Of a DNA stretch of 64,000 bases, positions 30,884 through 40,572 are shown piece by piece. The translations under genes were made by a program, and so were the position numbers. Positions within the stretch are counted from its first letter, which is position 1; the number at the start of each line of letters is the position of its first letter. Under the pieces are notes generated by a model. It was not told where the DNA came from. It did no database searches and saw only the letters and a program-made list of their open reading frames with translations. Location: NCBI GenBank assembly GCA_963666205.1, contig OY762654.1:1376001-1440000 (forward strand), written 5' to 3'. Source of the stretch: Synergistales bacterium. GTDB taxonomy: Bacteria > Synergistota > Synergistia > Synergistales > JAFGMB01.

Positions 30884-32122
30884 TTATCTCTTAACCTCAA
30901 AAATTCCTTCCTTCATTACATACCGTATCTTTGAAAGGTCCTGAAGAAGGGAAATATCCTCCAGAGGATTGCCTTCAACAGCTATGAGATCTGCCATCTT
31001 ACCTTCCTCCAGTGTCCCGATCTCCTTTTCAAGCCCTATACATTCAGCCGCGTATGAAGTTCCTGCCATTATAGCCTGCATAGGAGTAAGCCCTGCCTCA
31101 ACCATTGCATAAAATTCAAAAGCATTCTTTCCATGGTCGGCCAGCGGCATTCCGGCATCAGAACCCATAGCATACCTCACCCCGCCATCAAGGGCTCTCT
31201 TGAAACTCAGAAGACGTCTTTTCCTGCTCGCCAGAGCTTTCTGCTGAATATAATCAGGAAGGCCCGAAGTGTCTCCATTCTGCTCTATACGTTTACCATA
31301 GGAAAAGGTGGGAACAAGAAAAGTCCCGTTTTTAATCATTAATGCGATATCTTCATCGTCCAGGGTCGTGCCGTGTTCCAGGGTATCACAGCCAGCAGCC
31401 AGGGCGATCTTTACTCCCCTGGAACCATGGGCATGACATGAAACCGGGATCCCCTGGTTATGAGCCTCCTCAACAGCTACAGTAGCTTCTTCCAGACTTA
31501 GGGCATAGGCGTCGGGTGAAGAACTTTTACGGAAAGTTCTTCCACTGGTCAGAATCTTAATAACATCCACTCCCATTGCAAGGAGTGACCTGGTTGCTTT
31601 TCTCACCTCATCCGGGGAGTCCATTGTGAACCGCTCGTAAAAATTAACCTGGGGAGGATAGAGGGGATAATCGGCTCCTGTAGGAAGTATTCTGAATCCG
31701 CTCGCCAGAACTCTAGGCCCCCGGATAATATTCTGGTTAATTCCATCACGCACAGCAAGGTCTATCAGGTTGTCTGCACCAAGATCCCTTATGGTTGTAA
31801 AACCTGCCTCAAGAGTCATTTCAGCGTTTTTGAAAGCTTTAAGTGTCTTGAAAGGCACGCTTTCCTTAATGCCTGACAGTTCAGTGTCACCCTTTGTCAT
31901 GGCAATGTGGGTATGTGTATCAATAAGGCCGGGAAGAATAGTCATATCGGACATATCCAGAAATAGAGCATCTTCGGCTATTCCAGCTGACCTGTTTCCA
32001 GGAAATATTTTTTTAATTCTGTTACCACAGATCATAATGTCGCAGATTTGCGGTTCGGATCCTCTGCCATCGATCACTTTTCCCCCCTGAAGTACCAGGG
32101 GTCTACTTTCAACTGTTTTCAT
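30884..32122 (-). CDS. Metal-dependent amidohydrolase (Xaa-Pro dipeptidase/imidazolonepropionase-like)
   Basis: PGLIDTHTH, GFTTIRDLG, DVIKI, HAHG, EHG, GSDAG, GK.ADL; GAGGAG SD before ATG 32122. Confidence 0.9.
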   Translation of the reverse strand: MKTVESRPLVLQGGKVIDGRGSEPQICDIMICGNRIKKIFPGNRSAGIAEDALFLDMSDMTILPGLIDTHTHIAMTKGDTELSGIKESVPFKTLKAFKNAEMTLEAGFTTIRDLGADNLIDLAVRDGINQNIIRGPRVLASGFRILPTGADYPLYPPQVNFYERFTMDSPDEVRKATRSLLAMGVDVIKILTSGRTFRKSSSPDAYALSLEEATVAVEEAHNQGIPVSCHAHGSRGVKIALAAGCDTLEHGTTLDDEDIALMIKNGTFLVPTFSYGKRIEQNGDTSGLPDYIQQKALASRKRRLLSFKRALDGGVRYAMGSDAGMPLADHGKNAFEFYAMVEAGLTPMQAIMAGTSYAAECIGLEKEIGTLEEGKMADLIAVEGNPLEDISLLQDLSKIRYVMKEGIFEVKR

Positions 32123-32184
32123 AACACACTCTCCTCTCCCTGTAATGCTTACGTCCATACTTTGCTTATTGTGCAAGATTCAGC

Positions 32185-33384
32185 TTATATTCCATATGCA
32201 TCAAGGGCTATTCTCATAAAAGACATGAGACCGGTCTTTATACATTCCTGGTCAGCTCTGAATAATGGGCTATGGAGGGGAAAAACCTGGTTTTCTTCAG
32301 ATACCCCGGATGAACACCCAAGAAGCAGAAATAAAGCGGGAACCTTTTGAGCATAAAAACTGAAATCCTCTCCAACCATTGAAGATTTATCCAATTCTAC
32401 ACCTTTGATCCCGAGTTCTGACAGAACATCGAGCTCCTTCAATCCGAACCCGAAAAGGGACCGGTCGTTCTCAAGCACAGGAAACCCCTCGGCATAGCTC
32501 AGTTCTCCATTACCACCGAACATTTTTGCAGTACCTTCAACGATATTCCTGATCTGTTCCTTTAACCTTTGTCTTACCCTGGAGGAAGTATTCCGAACAG
32601 TACCCTGAAGCTCAGCCTCCTCGGCAATAATGTTGTACCTGCTGCCTCCCTCCATACGGCCTATGGTAACCACAGCCTCGTCAAAGGGGCTTAAACCTCT
32701 GGAAATTGCCGTCTGAAGGGCCACGATAACGTGTCCCGCTATAACTATAGCATCCGTTCCAGCTTCGGGCTTTGCTGCATGGGAACTCTTTCCAGTGATC
32801 TTGATACCTATCCTGTCAGAAGCTGCAAAAAGAGGCCCCGCCTTGAGACCAACTGTCCCTGTCTTGAGCTCTGGCCACAGGTGGAGACCAAAGATCGCCG
32901 AACATCCCGACAATGCACCCTCTTCGATCATTCTTTTTGCCCCGCCTTCAGGGTTGTTTTCCTCAGCAGGCTGAAATATGAAGCGAACATTTACCCTCAG
33001 CCTGTCTGAAAAGGAGCAAAGGCCTTTCGCCGCCCCCGCAAGGATAGCAGTGTGAAAATCATGTCCGCAGGCATGCATGGCATTATTAACCGTAGATTTG
33101 TAGGGTAAGTCAGTTTTCTCGTTAATTGAGAGGGCATCCATATCCCCTCTGAAAGCTATGGTCGGAAGACCATCCCCAACTTTCAGGTCACATATAAGAC
33201 CTGTAGATTTACTGCACTCGTGAATTTCAAGCTTTGAATCTGCCAGAAAGGTCCTGATCTTTTCCTTTGTCTTCTGCTCCTCGTTCGAAAGCTCAGGTTC
33301 CCTGTGAATGCTCTCCTGGAGAGAACGGACATCGGAATATATAGTTTCGGTTAAATTCTTTATCCGGGCATTCAAGTCATCCAT
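32185..33384 (-). CDS. M20D amidohydrolase (hippurate hydrolase/aminoacylase family)
   Basis: HREPELS, RGDMDAL, MHACGHDFH, FQPAEE, GEDFSFY, LHSP. Confidence 0.92.
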   Translation of the reverse strand: MDDLNARIKNLTETIYSDVRSLQESIHREPELSNEEQKTKEKIRTFLADSKLEIHECSKSTGLICDLKVGDGLPTIAFRGDMDALSINEKTDLPYKSTVNNAMHACGHDFHTAILAGAAKGLCSFSDRLRVNVRFIFQPAEENNPEGGAKRMIEEGALSGCSAIFGLHLWPELKTGTVGLKAGPLFAASDRIGIKITGKSSHAAKPEAGTDAIVIAGHVIVALQTAISRGLSPFDEAVVTIGRMEGGSRYNIIAEEAELQGTVRNTSSRVRQRLKEQIRNIVEGTAKMFGGNGELSYAEGFPVLENDRSLFGFGLKELDVLSELGIKGVELDKSSMVGEDFSFYAQKVPALFLLLGCSSGVSEENQVFPLHSPLFRADQECIKTGLMSFMRIALDAYGI

Positions 33385-33615
33385 GTAAAGACCTCCTTCT
33401 ATATTCTCGACTCACCCTTGCATTTTAATCCAAATATACCCTAAAAGGGGCCATCCATGGAGGTAAAAAGAACCAGGGATCCACTTATATTCAGCAGACA
33501 ACCCTGTTCAGAAATACCAGGAGATCAGTGATCTCAGGAGGTCTTATCGAATTTTCCCATATTTTGAGGATCAGAAAAGGACTGTTTCTCAGATTCACAT
33601 TCAGCAGGAGAATAA

Positions 33616-33925
33616 TTGAACGATAAAACCGCATTTGCAAGGCCTGATTCCAGTTTCCGATACATGTCTTTTTTATGGCTGGAAGTTGCGGACGAACCAT
33701 TAGAGGATAGAGAAAGGACCTACCCTGGGGGAAATAGTATCGCCCTTTTAAGTAACTGGAGTAAAAAGGAAAAAGCTGATGAACCTTCAGGCAGCTGGAT
33801 TGCCAGGTACTGCCTTATTAAAAAGGAACGCATTCGGGCCTGTGGAATTCCAACCATGTTGGCGGCAATTATGACCCGGTTTTTCTGAGAATATACCAGA
33901 TGTATATCGAAAAGATGCGAATTGG
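33616..33925 (+). pseudogene. Frameshifted remnant of a conserved hypothetical (possibly nuclease-like) gene
   Basis: MSFLWLEVADEP...GNSIALLSNW...PSGSWIARY in one frame, continuing as GLWNSNHVGGNYDPVFL in another; the 3' part is duplicated at ~25880-25965. Confidence 0.5.
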
Positions 33926-34260
33926 AAATCAGAAAACTACATTACTCAAAGACAGCATTGAATACATACGGTTAAAATCAAGGTCTGACCCCATTATTGG
34001 GAATATCAAGAAAAAAAGACGGAGAAATTCCCCCCTCAATGGGGCATTTCAGAGCCGAGTCACCACAGCCATCAGGCAACTCCACTGGAAATTCCCCCCC
34101 TCAATGGATAGAAACAACCGCCTCATTAACTGGCATTTCAAGAGCCGAGTTATTGGTATTGAACCAGATAACGGACCCCATGAGCCATACCTCCGTCTTA
34201 TATTTTCTTATGCCTTTTTCAGGGCTTCGGGGGCTGCTATTATCTAAGATCTTAATAGTA
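33803..34260. repeat. 197-bp repeat copy 2 + core site R4 + right arm ('empty' version of locus 25846-27549)
   Basis: Left arm matches 25846-26042; right arm shares GAACCAGATAAC, GAGCCATACCTCC and GGGCTGCTATTATCT with 27402-27549. Confidence 0.92.
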
Positions 34261-34281
34261 CCTTTTTGCACTCCAGACTAT

Positions 34282-36804
34282 CTATGACGTTTTATTGGCA
34301 TGATGCCTGGTTAAAACAGGCACGGCAGTGGGATCGAAAATCCGGTATGCCAGCAGTTTCAAACGGTCATTCACAAGGAACCATACCAGAGCATAGCTCC
34401 AAACGAACAATGCCCAGCGCCAGCCGATGGGTGTCATAAACAGCCCGTATACTGCTATTAATGTTGCAATGATCTGCGTACCAAACACAGCGCTCGACAA
34501 AATCCGAGCCGGACGTGTAGACCAGAATGGGCCGCGGGTTCGAGTGAGAAAAATAGTCAGATGTCCAGCAACCGAAAGCTTCAAATACATGAGCGACTGA
34601 ATATGTGCACGGTCGAGGTGAAAGACCCTCTCTCCAAGATAAAACAAGCCAAAGGCGGAGACAACCCCGATAACGCCAAGGACCGTAGCGACCCCTAACA
34701 CCATTCGCATATTCCATACCTCAGGCTTCTCGCTATAATGAACGTTGTCAAAGGCAATGGACAGGATGGCACCATCGTTTAGCAGCGCCAGAATTACTAT
34801 CATGACAGGTGTCAAAGGATAGAAGTTGAAGACCAGGATAGCCAATGTCATGAACAACAGCACTCGCAGTGTTTCCGCGATACGATAGATGGCATAGCTG
34901 TTCATTCGCTGGAAGATTTTTCGGCTTTCCTTTATAGCATCGACGATAACCGATAGGCCTGGCGTCATCAGTACTATTGACGCTGCTGCACGAGCTGCAT
35001 CCGTTGCTCCCGAAACAGCTATGCCGCAATCGGCCTTCTTAAGGGCAGGGGCGTCGTTCACCCCGTCACCAGTCATGCCCACAATATGCCCAAGCTTTTG
35101 CAGGACATCCACTATATGGTACTTGTGCTCGGGAAACACCTGGGCAAACCCGTCTGCATTCTGGATTGAGTCCGCGAGCTGCCCCGTTTCATGGTGCTTC
35201 GTGGTACCAAAGCTATTTGCATCGAGAATGTCGGTTCCCATGCCCAGCTTTTTTGCTGTTTCCCTGGCTATGGCTACCTGATCGCCGGTCACCATCTTGA
35301 CCTTCACTCCCATTTCCTTAGCATTTACAATGGTTTCACTGGCTTCTTCTCTCGGAGGATCAAAGAGGGGTAGTATGCCAAGGAACTGCCAGTCTCCCTT
35401 CGAGTCAGTCTGGGCCACCCCAAGGGAACGAAAGCCGCGCTCGGCAAAATCATTGATAGCGTTTTCAACATTGGACCTGATTTCCATGGAGTTCTTCGAT
35501 AAGGAAAGGATAACCTGAGGTGCTCCCTTTGTTGTCTTGAACTCGGTCCCGTCTGCACCTTTCACGGTTACTTCGGTACGCTTGTTTACAGGATCGAAGG
35601 GTTGGAAATGAAGCACCTTGTAAGAACTTACGTCCTGGGCTGTTTTAAGCCCCTCCAGTACTGCTTTGTCTATGGTATCCTCATCCTCTGCACGGGAGGC
35701 AAGTGCTGCGCAAAGAATGACCTGGTCGGCAGCGACGTGGTTAACTGTGAAAGGTTCACCCAGTGTCAGTTTGTTCTGGGTAAGAGTACCGGTCTTGTCA
35801 GAACACAGTACATCCACACCTGCCAATTCCTCAATGGCCGCCAACCGGGTTACAATGGCTTCTTTTCCGGCTAAAATTTTTGCTCCTACCGCCATCGTAA
35901 CAGAGAGGACTGTTGGCATTGCCACCGGAATTGCAGCAACCGTCAAAACCAGGGCGAATTGGAGAGTGGCAAGCATTCGATCGCCACGAAAGAGCGCAAC
36001 AGCAATTATCAGAATCACCAATATCATGGCGAGCAGGATCAGATAATTGCCGATCTTAAGCACTGCTATCTGGAAATGGCTGGAGGTATGTTCGCCCTGC
36101 ATGAGTTGAGCCGTTTTGCCGAAGAAGGTGTTCGCCCCGGTAGCATAAACCAATGCATCGGCTTCCCCCTGGCGAATGATCGAACCCGAAAACACCGCAT
36201 CGCCAAGTTTTCGTGTGACTGGTAATGACTCTCCAGTCAGTGATGATTGATCTACCTCCACAGGTGATTCTTCCAGCAAGCGTGCATCTGCCGGCACAAT
36301 GTCGCCCAGGCGAAGGCGGATAACATCGCCCGGCACCAGTTCCCTCGCCTCAAGGGTGATCCACTTTCCATCCCTTTTCACCCGGGCGTTCATTGCAAGT
36401 TTACCCTTCAAAGCCGCTATGGCGTTGCCAGCCTGATGTTCTTCCCAGAATCCGACGACGGCATTGGCAAAAAGCAACAGGAGGATGATGCCAAAGTCGG
36501 GCCAATGTCTGTCTAAGGCTGAAAGAATGACTGCCACTTCTATCATCCATGGGATGGGACCCCAAAAATAGGTGAGGAATTTCAGGAACTGGTTGGTCTT
36601 TTTTTCTTCAATCTCGTTGGCGCCATATTGGGTTAGACGTTTCTTTGCCTCGACTTGTTTTAGCCCCTCCGGCGAAGACTCTAACTTTGCCTGCAGTTCT
36701 CCCATGGAAAGATCTTTGAAATCACCTTCCACACTGGGCTTCGATCCCGAATTAGATTCTGACATCATGGATTTCATTGCATGAATCTCCCCTTTCTGAT
36801 GCAT
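34282..36804 (-). CDS. Plasma-membrane proton-efflux P-type ATPase (P3A)
   Basis: TGES, IPVAMPTVLSVTMAVGA, DKTGTLT, KGAPQ, TGDGVNDAPALKKAD, YAIYRIAET; true start may be ATG 36777. Confidence 0.92.
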   Translation of the reverse strand: MHQKGEIHAMKSMMSESNSGSKPSVEGDFKDLSMGELQAKLESSPEGLKQVEAKKRLTQYGANEIEEKKTNQFLKFLTYFWGPIPWMIEVAVILSALDRHWPDFGIILLLLFANAVVGFWEEHQAGNAIAALKGKLAMNARVKRDGKWITLEARELVPGDVIRLRLGDIVPADARLLEESPVEVDQSSLTGESLPVTRKLGDAVFSGSIIRQGEADALVYATGANTFFGKTAQLMQGEHTSSHFQIAVLKIGNYLILLAMILVILIIAVALFRGDRMLATLQFALVLTVAAIPVAMPTVLSVTMAVGAKILAGKEAIVTRLAAIEELAGVDVLCSDKTGTLTQNKLTLGEPFTVNHVAADQVILCAALASRAEDEDTIDKAVLEGLKTAQDVSSYKVLHFQPFDPVNKRTEVTVKGADGTEFKTTKGAPQVILSLSKNSMEIRSNVENAINDFAERGFRSLGVAQTDSKGDWQFLGILPLFDPPREEASETIVNAKEMGVKVKMVTGDQVAIARETAKKLGMGTDILDANSFGTTKHHETGQLADSIQNADGFAQVFPEHKYHIVDVLQKLGHIVGMTGDGVNDAPALKKADCGIAVSGATDAARAAASIVLMTPGLSVIVDAIKESRKIFQRMNSYAIYRIAETLRVLLFMTLAILVFNFYPLTPVMIVILALLNDGAILSIAFDNVHYSEKPEVWNMRMVLGVATVLGVIGVVSAFGLFYLGERVFHLDRAHIQSLMYLKLSVAGHLTIFLTRTRGPFWSTRPARILSSAVFGTQIIATLIAVYGLFMTPIGWRWALFVWSYALVWFLVNDRLKLLAYRIFDPTAVPVLTRHHANKTS

Positions 36805-37660
36805 GGAGAGGCTTCATCAGTTGCGTAAAATGGTCATGCTAATGTCGTCTTCCAGGCATCGTATCACTTTTCCTGAAGAAAGGTTAATGTAACGGCCTAT
36901 TGCAGAAAAACCTTTTCAGCTAACTTAAATATACTTTTCGCCGCCTAAAATGTTAGATATGTAAACTCATTTTAAGAAATTTGCATTCTTCTCGTAATAA
37001 TGTTGCCAGATAGACTAGCCTTAAACCTTAAACTCCTTAGATCAGGTCCATCCTGATCATTCCTGAAACCAGAAATCTTTACTTTTATCAGATAACTCTT
37101 TCTCTATCTGAACTGGTTACGTACTATTGGTAGATTTTTCATTATATGCTTAAAGCAATACCCTGTCCATAATCTTACTGGGCACCGATTATGTCATCCG
37201 TAAATCTCGCGATTTAATAAAAACTGTCGTATCAGAAAGCAATAAACCCACCAAGATGATTAAAGTTTGCCTGAACGAAGACAGGATAGGAAACTCAAGG
37301 AAGGGGATAAGCTTTGAGCGGCTTGGGAAAGTGCTAAATAAGGAAGGAGACGTCCTCTTTCAACTTGCATTGACAGCTACCGTAAGCGGGGATTGTATCG
37401 TGCAATTCGGGTTTCTTTATAAAAAAGTGCCCGGGACAGGTTAATTTTATATTGACATTCACATTCTTTTTGAATATTAGTGCAGCTGATAAATTGGAAC
37501 TGATTAAATGCCGTAATGGAAAAAGGCATCTAATCAAGATAAGTGTGAAATACAGATGCATCCCTGACTGGAGGGAAGCTTGGCAGAAAACATATTATTC
37601 CACAAAACCGTACGCGCAAGGGCTGATCCAAATTCGTATTATACGGCTCTTTTTAGAGTC

Positions 37661-39073
37661 CTACCCCACTTTTAACATTGGCAACAGTTCGGCTATTACT
37701 TCATCGGTATTGCCGGACATGGGTACGGCGGTTAGTAGCAAGTTGATCTGTCGGGACCCTGCTCCCAGGGTTGCCTGATGACACAGGCGATCTCTGGTCT
37801 TTAAAGACTTCCAGGTATTCCAGGTACAGGGGTAAACGAGGCATGTTGTTATGGGTTTGCCTTCAAAAAGAGTTGAATAGGCCAGTACCTGGAGAAGATC
37901 GTTTCGGTGTTGTTCTTTAATGTTTTCTTCTATGGTTCCCCATGGGGATCTGCGGATTTCTTCCCAATGGTATTTGTACTTGGCGTCTAAGATTATTACC
38001 TGGTCTTCTTTTTCGATCACCAAGTCGGGGACAAGGTATTTCTGAGACCCTACAAAGGTGGGTTGCCAGGATAGGGGTGCTATGGTCTGCCTGAGTCTTC
38101 CTGTTTTGAGGATACCTCCAGTGAGAAAGGCTACTTTGTGAGCCAATGTTTCGAGCCAACCTTCGAAGAACTGTTCCATGGGCATTTCCCATGGAATCCC
38201 CTCCAGTTCTCCCAGACCTGCGAGTCCTCTTTCTTCAGTGGTCCATTGAATTGCCTGAAGTCCTTCTTTGAAAAAGCTAGTTTGCAGAGGCGTTTTTTGC
38301 CATCTATCAAATAGTAGGTGAGATGGTCTTGAAGCAGGGTATTCCGCCACCTGTTGGATGAGGGTCTGACAATACTGGATGAGCCTGAGCACCACAGATC
38401 CACCTGCAACCTGATTCTGCAGGCTGTGGAGATGTTTATTCAATGTGTAGTGAATGGCAGATTTCAGCTCTTCATTGTATTTGAGAGTTGGGTATCTGCA
38501 TGGCACCTGAAGCATTTGAAACTTGGCCACCCTTTTAATGGCATAGTCTGTCCAGTTCACCTGGCCCTTGGGACTACTAGTGTCTTCGGAGGTATAGGAA
38601 AACTTTCTCTGAAGCTGTTTGAGTAGCTGTTCAATTCTGGGTAAGAGGGTTAGAGACAGCACCCATGAGGGAATTTTCTTTTCTGATTTTGGCAACAGGG
38701 GTAAATTCAACAATTGGGGTACTATCTTCCATCCGGCAACACCCAAGACAGATCCAACCCCAGACCAGCCGAATCGAGGTTGAACGATCAGGCCAATTTC
38801 AGCTCTGCCTGTGCTTGGAGAAACCAGAGGGATAGCCCCAACGTTAGTCCCCGATGTGAGTTTGAGCACCACCTGTTTTTCTGAAAAGGAAATATCGCAT
38901 TCCACTCCAAAGTCTCGAAGAACTCCGAGATTAGCTTTTTTGAACTGATGCCCCAGGTTAGCCAGTCGAGGATTGGGGTCTCTGCCAAGATTGGCAATGG
39001 AAAGAAAGGAGGCATCAATCTCCCTGGAACTTGAATCTTTTAATTCAATTATGGAACCAGTGATATGGCTCAT
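37661..39073 (-). CDS. mcrC: McrC-like PD-(D/E)xK restriction subunit
   Basis: MEQFFE, LVPDLVI...ILDAKYK, DLLQVLAY, CLVYP; directly downstream of mcrB. Confidence 0.8.
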   Translation of the reverse strand: MSHITGSIIELKDSSSREIDASFLSIANLGRDPNPRLANLGHQFKKANLGVLRDFGVECDISFSEKQVVLKLTSGTNVGAIPLVSPSTGRAEIGLIVQPRFGWSGVGSVLGVAGWKIVPQLLNLPLLPKSEKKIPSWVLSLTLLPRIEQLLKQLQRKFSYTSEDTSSPKGQVNWTDYAIKRVAKFQMLQVPCRYPTLKYNEELKSAIHYTLNKHLHSLQNQVAGGSVVLRLIQYCQTLIQQVAEYPASRPSHLLFDRWQKTPLQTSFFKEGLQAIQWTTEERGLAGLGELEGIPWEMPMEQFFEGWLETLAHKVAFLTGGILKTGRLRQTIAPLSWQPTFVGSQKYLVPDLVIEKEDQVIILDAKYKYHWEEIRRSPWGTIEENIKEQHRNDLLQVLAYSTLFEGKPITTCLVYPCTWNTWKSLKTRDRLCHQATLGAGSRQINLLLTAVPMSGNTDEVIAELLPMLKVG

Positions 39074-39085
39074 TCTTAGGCCAGA

Positions 39086-40546
39086 TTAGAGGGTGTTAAC
39101 CCACTGGATATATGCATCTACGGGACCAGCAAAACTTGAGATATAGCCCTGTTCAAGGTATTCCTCTAATAAAGGCACAAGATTCGTTCTGAGGCTTTGG
39201 GGCGTTTTTGCTTCATTATTCTCCATAAAGTATGAATGACCGGGCATAAGAGCAAAGGCTTCATCTGAGGCATATTCTACAAATATATTAACTAAGTTTT
39301 GATAAGCCTCTTTCATAAGTTTAGAACCGTGTTTTTGAACAACGGAATCTTGGGGCCAGAGTTTAGCGAAGGCAAAACGCCTACGGATTGCTATGTCCAT
39401 AATGGCTATACTGCGGTCAGCACTGTTCATGGTTCCGAGGATGTATAGGTTTTCCGGAATGGAAAGGCTCTTGCCATATTCCGATCCGAAGTCATGAGAA
39501 AGGTCCAGGCTCCTGGAAAAATCATTTTTTTCGAAAAGGAAGATGGCTTCCCCCAATACTTTTGAAAGATCTGCACGGTTTATTTCGTCAATAATCAATA
39601 GATAGGGCTCTTCTGTTTTCTGGGCTTCGGCTATAGCCTCCATCAACACTCCCGGCTTTGGAGAGAAGCTGAAACCCAAAGAAGAAGTGTCTTTCTCCGG
39701 GAAAAGGCCTCCCACAAATGTTTCATAAGTAGTATTTGGATGGAACTGAATGGTCTTTCCCCTACCTTCGAATTTCTCTTTGAGCAGTTGCAAGGCCATA
39801 TGGGTTTTTCCAGTACCTGGAGGTCCTGTTAAAACCGCGAAATGTCTGTCCAGGAGGAGATCAACCACATCTTCATTCGTAAGGTTGGGCATGAGGAATG
39901 AAAAATACTCCTGCTCAAGTTTGGCTATTTCCTTCAAAGGCTTTGCAAGGGGTTTATGACCATATTCATCAAAGTAAAGGCCCAGAAAAGTTTTAATCGC
40001 TTCATTTATAGACTGTTCATTTTCTTCTTCTGGAGGAGCAAAGAACCCGTAAATGACTTTGCCGTACCTCTTGAAAACAGAGGCATATTGAGGAAATTGA
40101 TCCATCACATTCTTAGGTATATCCATATCTATTCTCACAGGATCCTGCTTTGACCATGCAACTGCTTTACCATTGCCATATTTGCTGTTCAGCCATGAGC
40201 AAAGTGCAGATACCTTTCTTCCATGGCCTGGCCTGGAAAGAATATCTTCATCAGGACTCAGACCTTGGGTTCCCACAACCATGGAAATCAGAGCGGGGCC
40301 ATCTTCGATGGGAAAGAGAACAAAGCTCATTCCACCATAAGGACCACTATCTGGATTTGACTCATGAATTAGGGCAGTAAAGGGCACTTTTTCAATTTCA
40401 ATATTTGGTGCACGAAGGGCAACTGCTTTTTTTGCACTTTCCTTAAAAATTCCAGAATCTGAACCAAATAGAGTCTCAAAACATTCTTTGGAATTACTAC
40501 TCCAATCTGCTGAATGGGATTGTTTGACCAGATCAACAAAGTTCAT
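39086..40546 (-). CDS. mcrB: McrB-like AAA+ GTPase
   Basis: GPPGTGKT, IQFHPNTTYETFV, IIDEINRA, GTMNSADRS (NxxD), RRRF, GHSYF. Confidence 0.9.
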   Translation of the reverse strand: MNFVDLVKQSHSADWSSNSKECFETLFGSDSGIFKESAKKAVALRAPNIEIEKVPFTALIHESNPDSGPYGGMSFVLFPIEDGPALISMVVGTQGLSPDEDILSRPGHGRKVSALCSWLNSKYGNGKAVAWSKQDPVRIDMDIPKNVMDQFPQYASVFKRYGKVIYGFFAPPEEENEQSINEAIKTFLGLYFDEYGHKPLAKPLKEIAKLEQEYFSFLMPNLTNEDVVDLLLDRHFAVLTGPPGTGKTHMALQLLKEKFEGRGKTIQFHPNTTYETFVGGLFPEKDTSSLGFSFSPKPGVLMEAIAEAQKTEEPYLLIIDEINRADLSKVLGEAIFLFEKNDFSRSLDLSHDFGSEYGKSLSIPENLYILGTMNSADRSIAIMDIAIRRRFAFAKLWPQDSVVQKHGSKLMKEAYQNLVNIFVEYASDEAFALMPGHSYFMENNEAKTPQSLRTNLVPLLEEYLEQGYISSFAGPVDAYIQWVNTL

Positions 40547-40572
40547 GATGTTCCTCCTTAAAAACCGGATAT

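Noticed and set aside
26002-33999. Core repeats as a CRISPR array
   Set aside because: Copies are 1.4-29 kb apart, with no 30-40-nt spacers and no cas genes.
33900-34287. ORFs 33900-34247 and 33997-34287
   Set aside because: They run through the core site and repeat arm and are not preserved in the homologous copies.
36810-37660. Short ORFs (37256-37444, 37452-37778) between the ATPase and mcrC
   Set aside because: AT-rich, possibly decayed gene debris, but no identifiable family.
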